From Eledone cirrhosa (Eukaryota), in NCBI GenBank assembly GCA_964016885.1, contig CAXHJY010000154.1:62001-126000 (forward strand): DNA of 64,000 nt, in the 5' to 3' direction. A model generated the notes under the pieces. That model had not been told where the DNA came from. It did not search any database and worked only from the letters and a program-made list of their open reading frames with translations. The position numbers and the translations under genes were made by a program. Shown piece after piece: positions 39,511 to 52,430 of this stretch (positions are counted from its first letter, which is position 1; each line of letters starts with the position of its first letter).

Positions 39511-40646
39511 TATATGTTGACAGACTTATTCTTATCTATATTTCATACTAGATAAAATAGTTTCCTTATTTATTGAAGATTCATGTTTGTTGTTTCTTAC
39601 CTTACCAACACTCGATTTGAAGTTTAATAAATAAATCTAAAGAAAAATCAATATTGCTGTATTGACACTGAATTTTATACTTATAACACAGAACCAAGTG
39701 CAGTTTTTAGGCAGTTTATTATTAAAAGGGTCAATTTAACTCTTTTTAGAACAATGAAAACCAAGTCATTGCAGTCTATCTTGTATTTATGGGGAAGTGT
39801 AGGTCCCCAGCTCATCTGAAAGGTCAGTAGCTTTGCAGAAGTCAGTAGCTTTGCTTGAGTACTGACTAGGTCTGTGAAGACCCAGCCAACCTTTGTTAGC
39901 AGGGATGATGGATGTTAAATGATGATGATGATAATGACAGAAATAGATAAAACCTGATTTGTGTTCAATTTTCCACCCCTTTTTTCTTTGTATTTACATA
40001 AATGAACAAAAAATAGAATATCTTTAAATCTGCTGCTACATTAGTGTTTGGTCACTATTTTAACTTGAATTTTCTGTGTAACATTCTTGATTTTACAGTT
40101 TATGAAAGAAAATAGAAATAGAATGTTGATAACAAATACATTTATCTCATTGATTTTACATCTTAAAATTAAACTTTTAGAAGTTTTAATTACAAACTCT
40201 TTGTAATTAATTATTTTTCATAATTAATTTTCTACAAACACATTGGAAAACAAGATTCCTCTTTACAAATGAAAGGCAGACTATGATGCCTATGTGTGAT
40301 GTTAGTGAGACATGAGCAGTGGATGCAGAGGATATACAAAGGCTGGAGAGAAATGTAACCCATGCAAGCATGGAAAACAGATGTTATGATGATGATGATA
40401 TATTATTAGAATGTTTATTTAAAGCATTCAAACATTAACTGATTAAACACTCAATACTGATGGTTAGAGTGTAGAAATTATTTTGTAAGTAGAAAAATGA
40501 CAGTAACTTCGAAGTTTCAACTTGATTGCTTTATATATATATATATATAAAAGATATATGTATATATATAGAGAAAAAGAACCATCATAGGGAATACGAT
40601 GTAGACTGACGGACAGATACCCAATGTATTTTGAGATATATAGCTA

Positions 40647-40844
40647 TAGAAATGGTTCCACAAGAGTTAATTCACTATTTCCGAGAATAATTTGTTTCAC
40701 CTAAGACGGATCATCAACTCGGTTTAAATGAGATTATGCAGAAAGGGAAACAATAATAATCTCATTTAAAGAGCTGATGATGCGTCTTAGGTGAAACAAA
40801 TTGTCCTCGGAAATCGTGAATTAACTGTTGTGGAACTACTTCTA
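40647..40844. repeat. Inverted repeat with arms of about 90 bp, each arm carrying a hammerhead copy
   Basis: GTTCCACAAGAGTTAATTCAC..GTTTCACCTAAGACG versus CGTCTTAGGTGAAAC..GTGAATTAACTGTTGTGGAAC. Confidence 0.9.
40771..40810 (+). ncRNA. Minimal type I hammerhead ribozyme motif
   Basis: GAG-CTGATGA-tgcgtcttaggt-GAAAC-aaatt-GTC|CTC. The mirror copy (minus strand, 40681-40722) has the 5-bp stem I CCGAG/CTCGG but a mutated core. Confidence 0.68.
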
Positions 40845-42575
40845 CCAAACTCGTCCCATGGACTGAGTGCTCTACTACTATGGATATAACCTACCAGTGT
40901 TCTAGATATATATGTGTATAGGGAGGGAGTGAATTATTTAACATTCATTTTGTGTGTATGTGTTAGTTTACTGACAGTTTTTAAAGCAACTAATGACATT
41001 TGTTTATTTCCCAAGTAAACAAAATGCCCTGCAGTGTTGCATTTCAATGAAAATGGGTAATGTATATCATATTTAGGAAGGTGGTAGGCTGGCAATGCCA
41101 GGAATGCCATTTGGCCATAAACTACTGGCTTAAAAGATTCACATACAAACCATGCTAGCATGGAATTAAAAAATGTGCGTGCGCGCGCTGAGCCTCTGCT
41201 GGTTCAAACAATGAATATTCCAATTGATTCAATCAATAGAACAGCCTGCACAGGAAATTGATATGCAAGTGGCTGAACATTCCACAATCACATATACCAG
41301 TAACATAGATCTCAGGGAGATTCAGCATGACAAGACTGTTTCTTTTGACTTACAGGTACAGCTCATTTTTGCCAGCTGAGTTAACTGGAGTAATGTAAAA
41401 TAAAGTCTCCTGCTCCATGACACAATATGCTGTTAGGAATTGAACTCACAACCATATGATCATGAGCCGAACACCCTAACCACTAAGCCATGCACCTTCG
41501 TATACATATAGGAGAGTGATGAAAAAGAAAACTATGTAGAATAAAAAGAAAAATACATTTCAACAGCTTTAAGAAGCTCTAATTGTGAACTCATTTTATT
41601 CCATTTATTTTCCTTGCTGGCATTGGTTAGCTGAGATATTTGAAATAGTGCTTCTATGGCTTGACACCCTTCCCAATGACAACCCATATCTTATTTATAA
41701 GTATGGTATATATATACTACTTCTCTTCATTGACATTGTATACTGCAGGAGGAATTGTTCTTCTGGGACTTAAAAATATGTTACTATGAGCATTGTTGGT
41801 ATAGTTATTTTCCAAACACAAGCTAAATGATGAATAAATTATTTATTTCCTAAATCACTCAAATTCTTGCTTATTTTCAAAATGATTTGAAAATCATAGA
41901 CAGTGTCTTTCAATAGAAATACAATAATGAAAGGGTTCAACAATACCAAAACTATAATAACTTATTGAAATTCACATTACAATGAGATGAGCAAGGTGTG
42001 ATATCATAACAACTAATTAAGCTGAGGTAGTCAAGAAACTTCTCATATTGTCTTCATTTGTGATTCTAATTATTTAATGAGAATAGCTTGTTCTAATATA
42101 AAATTTGCTGTTTCAATTGAAGACATATATATTAAAGCTGTAACCTCCTTAGTATTTTGACATTAATATGTTTTTAAAGTGTAAATGTAATGTATAAGGC
42201 TCATTGTACTAGCTATGTATAAAACTTAATCATTTCATGTATTTTATAGAGTACACTGTGCAATTTGTAAAGCAAACTGAGAATGAATCTATTCTGAATG
42301 AATGGGAGTATTTCCTTAGATGAGTAACTCAAGGAAAGTTCTGAGTAAAAGAGTTGACAGTTCAGCTATTCACTTCATGTTACAGAATAAATTGCAGACC
42401 CTAAAGTGTGGGTTACTGAACTAGTGGGGAGAGGCGTAGGTGGTTCTAGACGGTCTTCTTATTCTTTTATTATTTTTGTTCATTTAATTATTTATTTATA
42501 AAATATACTGGATATCCATTACTACTGAAGATATGAAACATCTTCCTTCGTGTTAGCAGTAATATTTATCTACAT

Positions 42576-42838
42576 CAGAGCTCCCACGCAGCACCATTCC
42601 GCCCCCACGCACCACCATTGTTATTACGTGGACCAATCATAAGCCAGAGCTCCCACGCAGCACCATTCCGCCCCACGCACCACCATTGTTATTACGTGGA
42701 CCAATCATAAGCCAGAGCCCCCACGCAGCACCATTCCGCCCCCACGCACCACCATTGTTATTACGTGGACCAATCATAAGCCAGAGCCCCCCCCCCCCCC
42801 CCCAGCACCATTGTTATTACGCGGACCAATCATAAGCC
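42576..42838 (+). promoter_or_regulatory. 68-69-bp tandem monomers (three plus one degenerate) in the RTE 5' UTR; candidate internal promoter
   Basis: Units start at 42576, 42645, 42713 and 42782. Full units contain a GC box CCGCCC, TTACGTGG and CCAAT. The repeat is directly visible; the promoter role is inferred. Confidence 0.6.
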
Positions 42839-42951
42839 AAAGGCCTATACTATCGCTTGCCCGGTTGCCTTTCGATATATGATGGATGGATGGATGGACT
42901 GCGGAATCCTGGAGAGTGGAAGAGAGAGAAAAATCTGGACGCTCAGCGAGA

Positions 42952-45900
42952 ATGCCAAAGATAAAGACAAATTCACCTCGTGGACAAGAATGCGAGCACT
43001 CCTCTTTGTTTCGACCGCGGACGGCTAACATAACCCCATCTCCCCCAGCCCCCCACCGCCTCCACCCTCCAAACGCAATCCAAAACTTCAGAGTTGGTAC
43101 CATAAATGTAGGCACCCTAAAGGGTCGCGCTAACGAGGTTGTAGAAATGCTTGAACGTAAGGAGGTCGATGTTTGTTGTATTCAAGAGACCAGGTGGAGG
43201 GGTGGGTCTGCTAGATTCATTGAGGGTAAAAAACGATGTTATAAGCTTTTCTGGGTGGGAAACGACGATGGGCTGGGTGGAGTAGGAATCATGGTAGCAG
43301 AAAAGTGGGCAGATAAGATAATAGACGTAAATAGAGTGAACGACAGAATAATTAAAATAAGACTTGTCCTAAATAGAACTACGGTGACAGTAATATCTGC
43401 GTACGCACCCCAATCCGGACTGCCTGGCACTATAAAAGACAGATTCTATGAGACACTGATGCTCACTACCTCCCAAATATCCGACAGTGACTATATAATT
43501 ATTGCAGGCGACCTAAATGGTCACGTTGGACAACATTGTGACGGCTACGACGAAATCCATGGAGGCTATGGGTTTGGTACTAGAAATGAGGAAGGCTCCA
43601 GAATCCTGGAATTCTGTGACGCAAATAACCTAACTATCTGTAACACTAACTTCAAAAAACGTGACAATCACCTATAGATCTGGGGAACACACAAGCCAGG
43701 TAGATTATATCCTTACCAGAAGACGTGACAGAGTGTCTGTTGTAAACACTAAATCCCTCCCCCATGAAGAATGCACCTCCCAACATAGACTGATAATTAG
43801 CGACCTCATAGTCAGGACGAGACGTACTCGACAGCAGAAGAGGACTATCCTCAGGAGAAAAATATGGAAGCTAAAGGACCCCACAGCCAGAAATAAATTT
43901 CAAAGCATATTACTTGATGCTTTCGACAGTAAGGAAGAGCATTTAGAGTCGGACAATATAGAGGGACAGTGGGAATTTCTGAAAGCAAACTTGCTGATGG
44001 CGACAGGCGAAGTCTGTGGCTGGAGCAGGCCTGTAGGCAGGAGAAGAGTAACATGGTGGTGGAACAGTAAGGTGGAGGGGTCAATTAAGGCCAAAAAGCA
44101 GGCTTGGAAAGTATGGCGGGATGGGGGAAGTAGAGAAGACTATCAAGTGGCCAGGAGGGAAGCTAGGAGACAAGTGTACTTAGCAAGAAGGGAAGCAGAG
44201 GAAAGAAAGTTCAAGCATGTTCTACAACGCGAGGACCAAAAACGTGAGGTGTTCAGGATTGCTAGGCAATGCGTCAAGGAAAACCGTGATATTGTCGGGG
44301 AGAAGTGTGTACTTAATGATGACGGCGTACTTGCCATCACCGACGCTGATAAGAAGGTAGCTTGGAAGTGTCACTATGAAAGGCTACTAAATGAGGAGAA
44401 TAAATGGGAGAAAGACAGTCTCCCCCACATCGACCCAATAGAGGGACCAGCAGTGTTAGTCGAGGGGAGTATAATAAGTAAGGCAATCAAGGATATGAAG
44501 ACGGGTAAGGCGGCTGGGCCTTCGGAAATAGTTGCTGAGATGCTGAAGGCATCTGGCACGGTGGGACACACCATGGTCACCCGCATAGTTAACCAAGTCG
44601 TACAGAATGGGGTTGTTCCGAAGGACTGGCATAGCAGCATCATCGTTAACTGTTATAAGGGTAAAGGAGACGCCCTAGATAGGAGTAACTATAGAGGCAT
44701 TAAATTAATCGACCAGGTCATGAAGGTCACGGAAAAAGTAATAGCGCAACTAATCAGAGAGAGAATTGACCTAGATGAAATGCAGTTCGGGTTTGTGTCA
44801 GGCAAAAGTACCACAGACGCTCTTTTCATTGTACGACAACTACAGGAGAAGTACCTAGCTAAAGGTAAACCCCTCTACTTAGCTTTTGTCGACTTGGAGA
44901 AAACCTTCGACAGAGTCCCCCGCTCCATTATCTGGTGGGCTCTTAGAAAACTAGGTGTTGACAAATGGCTTGTGAGAGCTATACAAGCCATGTATAAAGA
45001 AACAGTCAGCAAGGTTAGAATTAACAACGAATATAGTGAAGAGTTTAGCGTAAAAGTTGGCGTCCATCATGTCTCTGTTCTCAGCCCCCTACTATTTATT
45101 ATTGCCCTTCAGGCTATAACAGAGGAGTTCAAGACCGGCTGCCCATGGGAACTCCTATACGCAGACGACCTGACACTCATAGCTGAATCAATGGCCGAGC
45201 TAGAGAAGAAATTCCAAACATGGAAGCATGGCCTAGAATCAAAAGGACTTAAAATTAACCTGGCTAAGACTAAAGTTTTAGTTTGTAGGAAAGAAAATAA
45301 GGCGGCGGTCCCTTCTGGGAAATGGTCATGCTCAGTGTGTAGGAAAGGCGTAGATAGAAACTCCATTTTATGTCCTAAATGCAAAGTATGGGTGCATAAA
45401 AGATGTAGTGGGATCACAGGTAAGCTAACTAAGAACATAGATTTTACATGTGGCCGATGCTCTGGTGTAATAAGTAGCAGCAAGTGACCACAAAATACTA
45501 GCTCTTTCAATTGCGCAGAGGGTTCTATAGAAATAGTGAACAGCTTCCGTTACCTGGGCGATAAAATCAGCAGTGGGGGAGGGTGCTCTGAAAGTACAGT
45601 AGCTAGAGTCAGAACTGGTTGGAAAAAGTTCAGAGAGCTTATACCACTATTACCTGCTAAAGGGTTCTCCCTAAAAATGAAAGGCAGGTTGTACGATGCC
45701 TGCATACGAACAGCAATGTTGCATGGCAGTGAGACCTGGGCATTGTGTGCAGAGGATATACGCAGACTAGAGAGGAACGAAGCTTGCATGCTCCGCTGGA
45801 TGTGTAACAGTAATATACGTGAACGGCAAAGCATAAACGAACTAAGGAAAAAATTAGAAATAAGAGGAATCAGATGTTGTTTACTCGAGAGAAGGCTACG

Positions 45901-46114
45901 TTGGTATGGACACGTGATGCGCATGAAAGTCGATAGCTGTATAACAAAGTGCAGGGCAATAAAGATAGACGGTAGCCACGGAATAGGCAGACCTAGAAAA
46001 ACCTGGGACGAGCTGATAAACTCCGACCTCACACACTTACACTTCTCCAAGACAATGTCACTGGACCGAGACCTTTGGCGGTACTCAGTAACAGAGAAGA
46101 CCCGCCTTACCTAA
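42952..46114 (+). pseudogene. RTE polyprotein: APE endonuclease, RT with PHD finger, C-terminal domain; one frameshift and one stop
   Basis: GTINVGTL, IQETRW, SAYAPQ, AGDLNGH, VDYIL, SQHR; NYRGIKL, QFGF, VDLEKTFD, LLYADD, FRYLG, GRPRKTW. Frameshift near 43670 and TGA at 45485-45487. Confidence 0.95.
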
Positions 46115-49100
46115 ATACATAGTAAAACCTACTACAGCCAGTAGGCATCTCTAACAAAATACACCCCCGTCCCACACCCCCACCCCATCCACACCACCCC
46201 GTTCTATGTAAAGTTATGTTGGTGCCGCGCCATCCAGGCCGAAACATGAGATCGTGTAGGTGTCACGACAAAAAAACACACAGTCCACGCTGTAATGTGG
46301 CCGTGTAGGCAACACGGTAAAAACCTCCCAGACCCACACTGTAAATGTGGTTGGTGTTAGGAAGGGCATCCAACTGTAGAAAACCTGCCAGACAGTCCTA
46401 TGCGAGCAAAACAATCACTCTTGCCTCAAGTGGGACTACCCCCGTCCAAACCCATGCAAGCGTGGAACACGGACGTTAAACGGTGATGATGATGATTACT
46501 ACTTTCAATGTGATTCATTTCCTTAATGTATGAATTAGTGAGGCTTATTTGAATTCATCATCATCACAATTATCACTACCTTTATAACCATCACACTCAC
46601 CATCACCACCATTCTTGTCTGCTTTGTGATATTGATAGTGGTGATGATGATGGTACTTCAGAGCACTTCAAACACCATTCTAGATTACTCCAAACATACC
46701 AAAGACAAGTGTCTTCTCTAAATTCTGGCCACTAGCCTACAGCTGCATAATTAATGTGAGTTCATTTAGCCATGTCGTTTTTGCCACTCTTACCCAGATT
46801 GTCATCATCATCATCATTTTACATTCCCTTTCCTTGCTGGCAAGGGTTGGACGGGTTATCATGTAACAAACGAACCATCTTGCTCATTACATTTCATATT
46901 TGGCATAGTTTCTATGGCTGGATGCATTTCCTAACATCAACCACCTTTGGGTAGTTTTTCATGACAACAACATTATTACTTTACAGGCTGGACCAGGTAC
47001 ATTTTATTGTGACACCAGCACTAAGAAAGGTTGTCACATGCTAGGCTAGAATAAAGAATCCTCTCAAACTCTATATTGTCTCTGTTCAATCACTAAACAC
47101 TGAAACCTCCGGTCTCTTACCACATTTACTTTTAGTGTCACAGTGCTTGTACTAGTTAGTATACAGGTCTTTTGTATTATGGCATATTGCCAGCCAGATT
47201 GGTTCACCATTCATAAAACTTACTGCAAGGCAGCACCCCCTCACTGTCTACCTATATATTCCTTCTCAGGTGTTAATCGAAGAAGTTGTTGAGGGGTTGC
47301 TCAGATCTCTGTCCTCAAACCTTTCAAATGTAACCACCATATCAGTTACTTCACCAAAACCATCAGACAGGAAAAGAACTTATTTTTTCCTTACCAAAGG
47401 AAGGTGATAGTTTGATCTTCACTAAAAAATAATGTGTCCAAAGGTGGAGATAAATTAATTAACCATCACCATTCTTAGTATGAAAATCTTGTAAAATAAT
47501 AAAGTGTTGATTTTACAGTTTATATTTTGAGGATCTTTTCAGAATACTATTTGTTGGATTTTTAAAAAATCATAGTTAGTTCTATATTTCACTTTTACTG
47601 CAAAATACCAATGGCTGAATGATTGAATTACAATCCATCTAACAGGCTTTCAAACAGTTTCTGTCTACACAATTTTACTCAGATATACAGAGTGGTTGAA
47701 CTCAGAACTTTGTGATTGTAAAGTGAAATTCTTAACCATTTGGCTATGCTGCATCTATATTAGAGATAAATTTCAGAAACCATCTATTTTTCTTCAGTTT
47801 GTTTTTACATCATATTTCTTCACAGATTTTTTTTTTCTTTATTCCTTATAATTTCTAATCATCTTTCCTTTTAATGTTCATTTATATTATATTATTACTG
47901 TAATTCACAAAATCATTGTGTAAATTACCTTCTCCATCTTCACAACAGCCTTTGATTTTAGGCACTCTCACTTGTAATACCCTTCATAGTCACTTTTACT
48001 ACTTTTATACAAACTTTATTGTAATATACTGACTGATATTAGAAAATTACATGCATCAAGGTTGATTTTCCATTCTGTGGAAGATTGGTGGCATGTTTCC
48101 ATATCATTAGCACTGCAAGTATTTCTGTAATCACATGCAGCACTAAACAATTTACATTCCTTTATCAACCTAATTACACAACCAAACTGATAAATGGTTC
48201 AAACCCATTCAGTAAAATTAAATTTAGTTCATAGTTAACTATATTGAGTACCTTATTGTGTATTCTGTTGACCTGAAGGACTATACTGGCAGGAGCCAAG
48301 CTAGTTGTAGGTTCTGCCAAGCCAGGCAGGCTGAAGTGTAGGAACCAGACAAAATCTTAATCATTTTAAGAGTAAATCTAAATGTCAACCCTGGAGTAAG
48401 TAGCAGTGCTCCAGATAGTTTACTATCAACAAACCAATATATTGGCTATATCTGTGCTGATAAATGGTGGAAGAACATACTATAATAATGTACAAAAGCA
48501 CTGGTCAATCAGTTTCTACAAATGAAACACTATGTTAATTAGAAGGACTTGGATGGCACTAACCATCATTACCATAATGGAGCAAGTGAAAGACGATTCA
48601 TCTGAGTTTGCTCGATTCGATAGATAGACAGATAGGCAGACACTTTTAACACTTAAAAGTCAGATAGATAGTTTGCTGTTTTTTTTTTTTCTTTTTCCAA
48701 GAATAAAATGCTTTGTAGTATTCATTCTAGTTCTCTGTGCTCCGAGTTCAAATTCTGGAGCCCAACTTTGTCTTTCATCTTTTGGGGTTAATAAATGAAT
48801 TCTTCTGCTTCTTAGAGAGAGACAGGGAGAGAGAGAGACTTTGGTACCAGATGGAACTTTATCTATCAACCTTGAAAGGATGAAAGACAAGGTTCACCTT
48901 GGAGGGATTTGAACACAGTCCAGTGAACTAGAACAAAATTTTAATCCAACACCCAACACTCTGCCAATTTGCTGCCTATCTTAATATGCAAATCTTTATA
49001 CTGTTTATATTAGAGAATTCTGTGATGTTAAAACCATTTACGGATGTTTCAAGCTAAATTTAGAAATTTTGAGAAATACAATTTAGAAAGTCATATATAC

Positions 49101-50121
49101 ATATACATGCACATGCAAAGTAAATAGATCTCACATCTGTGTCAATGATGAGTATTCCAGTTGTTTGATTATTCCACTCTAGATAATCCTATGTCAGAAT
49201 CAGTATATCATTGCATGAAATGAAATGTTACAGCTCACACATATATAGATTTAGCTGGTCTCCTAGGTTTCACAGTTGTTTTAATGATCTTCTTGTTACA
49301 GCTTATACTTATGTAAGTTCATCTGGTTTCTTATGTATTTTAACAATAGGAACTCCTGTTCTATCATGTTGTTGTTACAACTCACACTTATATAAGTTTG
49401 GGTTTCCTATGAGAGTCATCTCATAATAGGTTCTCAAATGTTTTAATGACAGAGGTTCCGATCCTATCATGTTGTTACTGTTCACACATATGTAGGTTTA
49501 GCTGACCTCCTATGAGGTTGCATTACAAAGGAGGTTTTTCGACTTTTTAATGCTAGGGATCTCATCCCTATGATGTTGTTGTTACAGTTTACATCTATGT
49601 AGAGTCCTCTTAACATTATCTCTGTTTGATTCTCAAATACTGTAGCCTCTGGTGTCTCACTAAGTCAGTTCTTGTACTTGTGAATGGGTTCTGTGTATTA
49701 TGGCATACCAAAAACTGTAAATTGTGTAAAATTAAGCTTATAACCTCGATGTTAAAATTTCAGTTGCTTATGTGGTCAGCCAGTTCACTTTGATTTGGAA
49801 AATGAGGACATGGCTTCATCCATTTCTTGGTTGCCACTGTTTGCCGATTCCTTAGATAAAGAAGCAATAATATCATTTTGCCCCTGAAATGGTTTCTAAT
49901 TTAGGCACAAGGCCAGCAACTTGAGGATGGTACTTTATTTTACCAATCCCAGAAGGATAAAAGGTAAAGTTAACCTTGGCGGGATTTGAACTCAGAACAT
50001 AAAGAGCTGGAACAAATACTGCAAAGCATTTGTCCAACTATAACAGTTCTATCAATCCACCACCTTTCCTCCTGAAATAAAAGAAAAATGACCATGCCTT
50101 TTGCAATTGTAACCAAAATAA

Positions 50122-50762
50122 TCCATTAAATAATAATAGCCAATGTGTATTTGTCTGTCATGCACTAGAGATGACTGAGGAAGGAAGGAGTGATGACAAA
50201 TTACAGAAAGCAGCGTCTAACATTCACACTTATGTGCGTATATGTATAGTGAATTAGCTACACACATTGGCTGTTATGTTTATGTGAGTGTTTGTGTGTG
50301 TGTATATATTGGCTACACACATTGGCTGTTATGTTTATGTGAGTGTTTGTGTGTGTGTATATATGTGCGTTTGTGAAAATTATATTTATATATAATATTT
50401 GCGTGAGTGTATATGTGTTTGTGTTTATTTATTTAGAAAGATATATAGACCATAGAATTACAAACATACATGCATCTACACATACATATATATATAAATA
50501 GACATACCTAGAAAAAACAATTATTACATACACATCTATGTGATGACTGACGAAGGAGGGGGTGGTGAGAAACTATAGAAGTCCAGCATTCTAAGATTCA
50601 TCACACTTGTATGTTGTAGCGAATTGGCTGCACACATTGGCTGTGTGTTTGCATTACTTGTGTGAGTTAGCTCGAAGGAACCAACCAACAAACATCTATT
50701 TTTTTATATGATGTATAGATATTACAATTAGCCATCATTTTTGACAGCACGGGACCAGCTAG
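50122..50762 (+). mobile_element. Non-autonomous Helitron-like element
   Basis: 5' A|TCCATTAAATAATAATAG..TGTCTGTC and 3' CAGCACGGGACCAG-CTAG|T; internal duplications. Confidence 0.6.
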
Positions 50763-51869
50763 TATCTTAATAATTACTTTGGTGAGCACATCTTACAGGG
50801 TCTTAGTAACTTAAGGTACAAGTTACATAGTAATATAGTTTCACAGCAATATTAATTACGTTTGATGGTAGTTGTAGTAATTGGTAACTTTTTGCCTTGA
50901 GGAACAGGTGTTATAGAAAACAGTATATCTAGATATAGTATGTCTGAGAGAAGAAAGTATATATATGAAAAGCTTGCTTTCCTTTAACATTCCTGTATTT
51001 TATAACATTAATCATATAGAAATAGTAGTCACTGTAGTGATTCTTTCACTTTCTACATATTCTGAGAATAAGAAAGGGCATAAACTACCACATGCATCTA
51101 AACCATCCTTCTATGCTAAATTGATACCTCCCACATATTACATGAGGGGGCTCAAGGTTTTCTTGGTCACCAATAGGCATTTCAAAATAAAGTCTATGTG
51201 CTATTGAAAATTTGGCACTGTGTCATAGCTGTTTGCTTCCAGCAAACATAACAGAATTTATCTGGTAGATTTTTGCATTTCCTATTTGCCATATTCTTAA
51301 AGGTTAACTCTATAAAACAATTTGAAAAAAAAAAAAAAAAAAAAAATCTATCATCTTAGATATGTAAAAATATGACTTTAGATATTTAAAAATATGATTT
51401 ATATATATATATATAAATATGATTTAGATATGTAATTGAAAGAGCTATTCAGTATAGTTTAAGTATCTCTTAAAAAATAAAATCAGAATTATGTGTAATT
51501 CTATAACAGTTGGTGATAGAGAAAACGTAATGACATTTTTGGAACCAGTGCCCTAAATTTAGTAACACAGTAAAAAAAATGAATATATAGCATAACAAAC
51601 ATCTATGCTAAATTTCTTACAAAGTGTATGTGTAACTAAATTACTAATTATATTTCCCTTATTTTTTTCTTCTATTCTTGTCTTTCTTTCTCCTACTTTA
51701 TTTCATCACTGCCTCTTCCTCTCCTTATTAGCTCCATCTTTAGTTGGAATGTAACTCTTTATATCATTGAGAACTGCTGATGTTAAATAACTTCAACCCC
51801 TTTTTTTACTGTATTTCTAAATCAATTAAATATACTACACATAGGCATGGCTATGTGGATAATCAATCA

Positions 51870-52430
51870 CATTCCCACAACTGGTGCAGCCAGTCATTGG
51901 GGTGCCTCTCTAGATGCTTTTGTACTTAGCTGTTGCCACTGGTCTCTATTCTCATACGTAGAAGGGTTTTGATGTTGTCAGACTAGGATTTTCTTTATCT
52001 GCCTCTTCTTCATCCTCCCTCGACTATGCCCTGTAGGATGGTTTTAGAAGGAATTATGACAGGATACATGACTATACCAGGCAAGCTTCCATCTTTTCAC
52101 CATTGCAAGGGGTGGTTCCTGTCTGCCAGCATATTTGTTATCTAGCTGCCTGACAAAGTTGTTTGTTTTGTACTCTCTGTATAGGATGTGTAGCATCCTT
52201 CTGAAGCACTTGTGCTTGAATGACTGGATTCTTTGTTTCATGTTAGCTGTGAGAGTCCAACTCTTACAACCATACAAAAGGATCAAAGTCACCAAGGACT
52301 TGTTTAATTTGAGCTTTGTTGGAAAACTGAAGGAATTGCTTTTCCATATGACATTCAACTTTTCTATGGCAGAAATGACTAGGACAGGTCTTGTCAGTAT
52401 CTCCTTTTGAGATTTGCCATCTTTGGTCAG
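51870..52430 (-). mobile_element. RTE-clade C-terminal fragment (third family)
   Basis: IWKSNSFSFPTKLKL..SLVTLILLYGCKSWTL..RIQSFKHKCFRRML..KLAWYSHV. Confidence 0.85.

Larger units (their letters stand above)
42527..46494 (+). mobile_element. Near full-length RTE-clade LINE (about 4 kb)
   Basis: 5' tandem monomers, APE and RT coding region, 3' UTR and (GAT)n tail; candidate 9-bp TSD ATTACTACT at 42518-42526 and 46495-46503. Confidence 0.93.

Noticed and set aside
47255-47410. Possible host exon (TTCCTTCTCAG acceptor, ~45-codon open frame, AAG|GTGATA)
   Set aside because: The donor is weak, the peptide is unrecognisable and there are no partner exons; RNA-seq would be needed.
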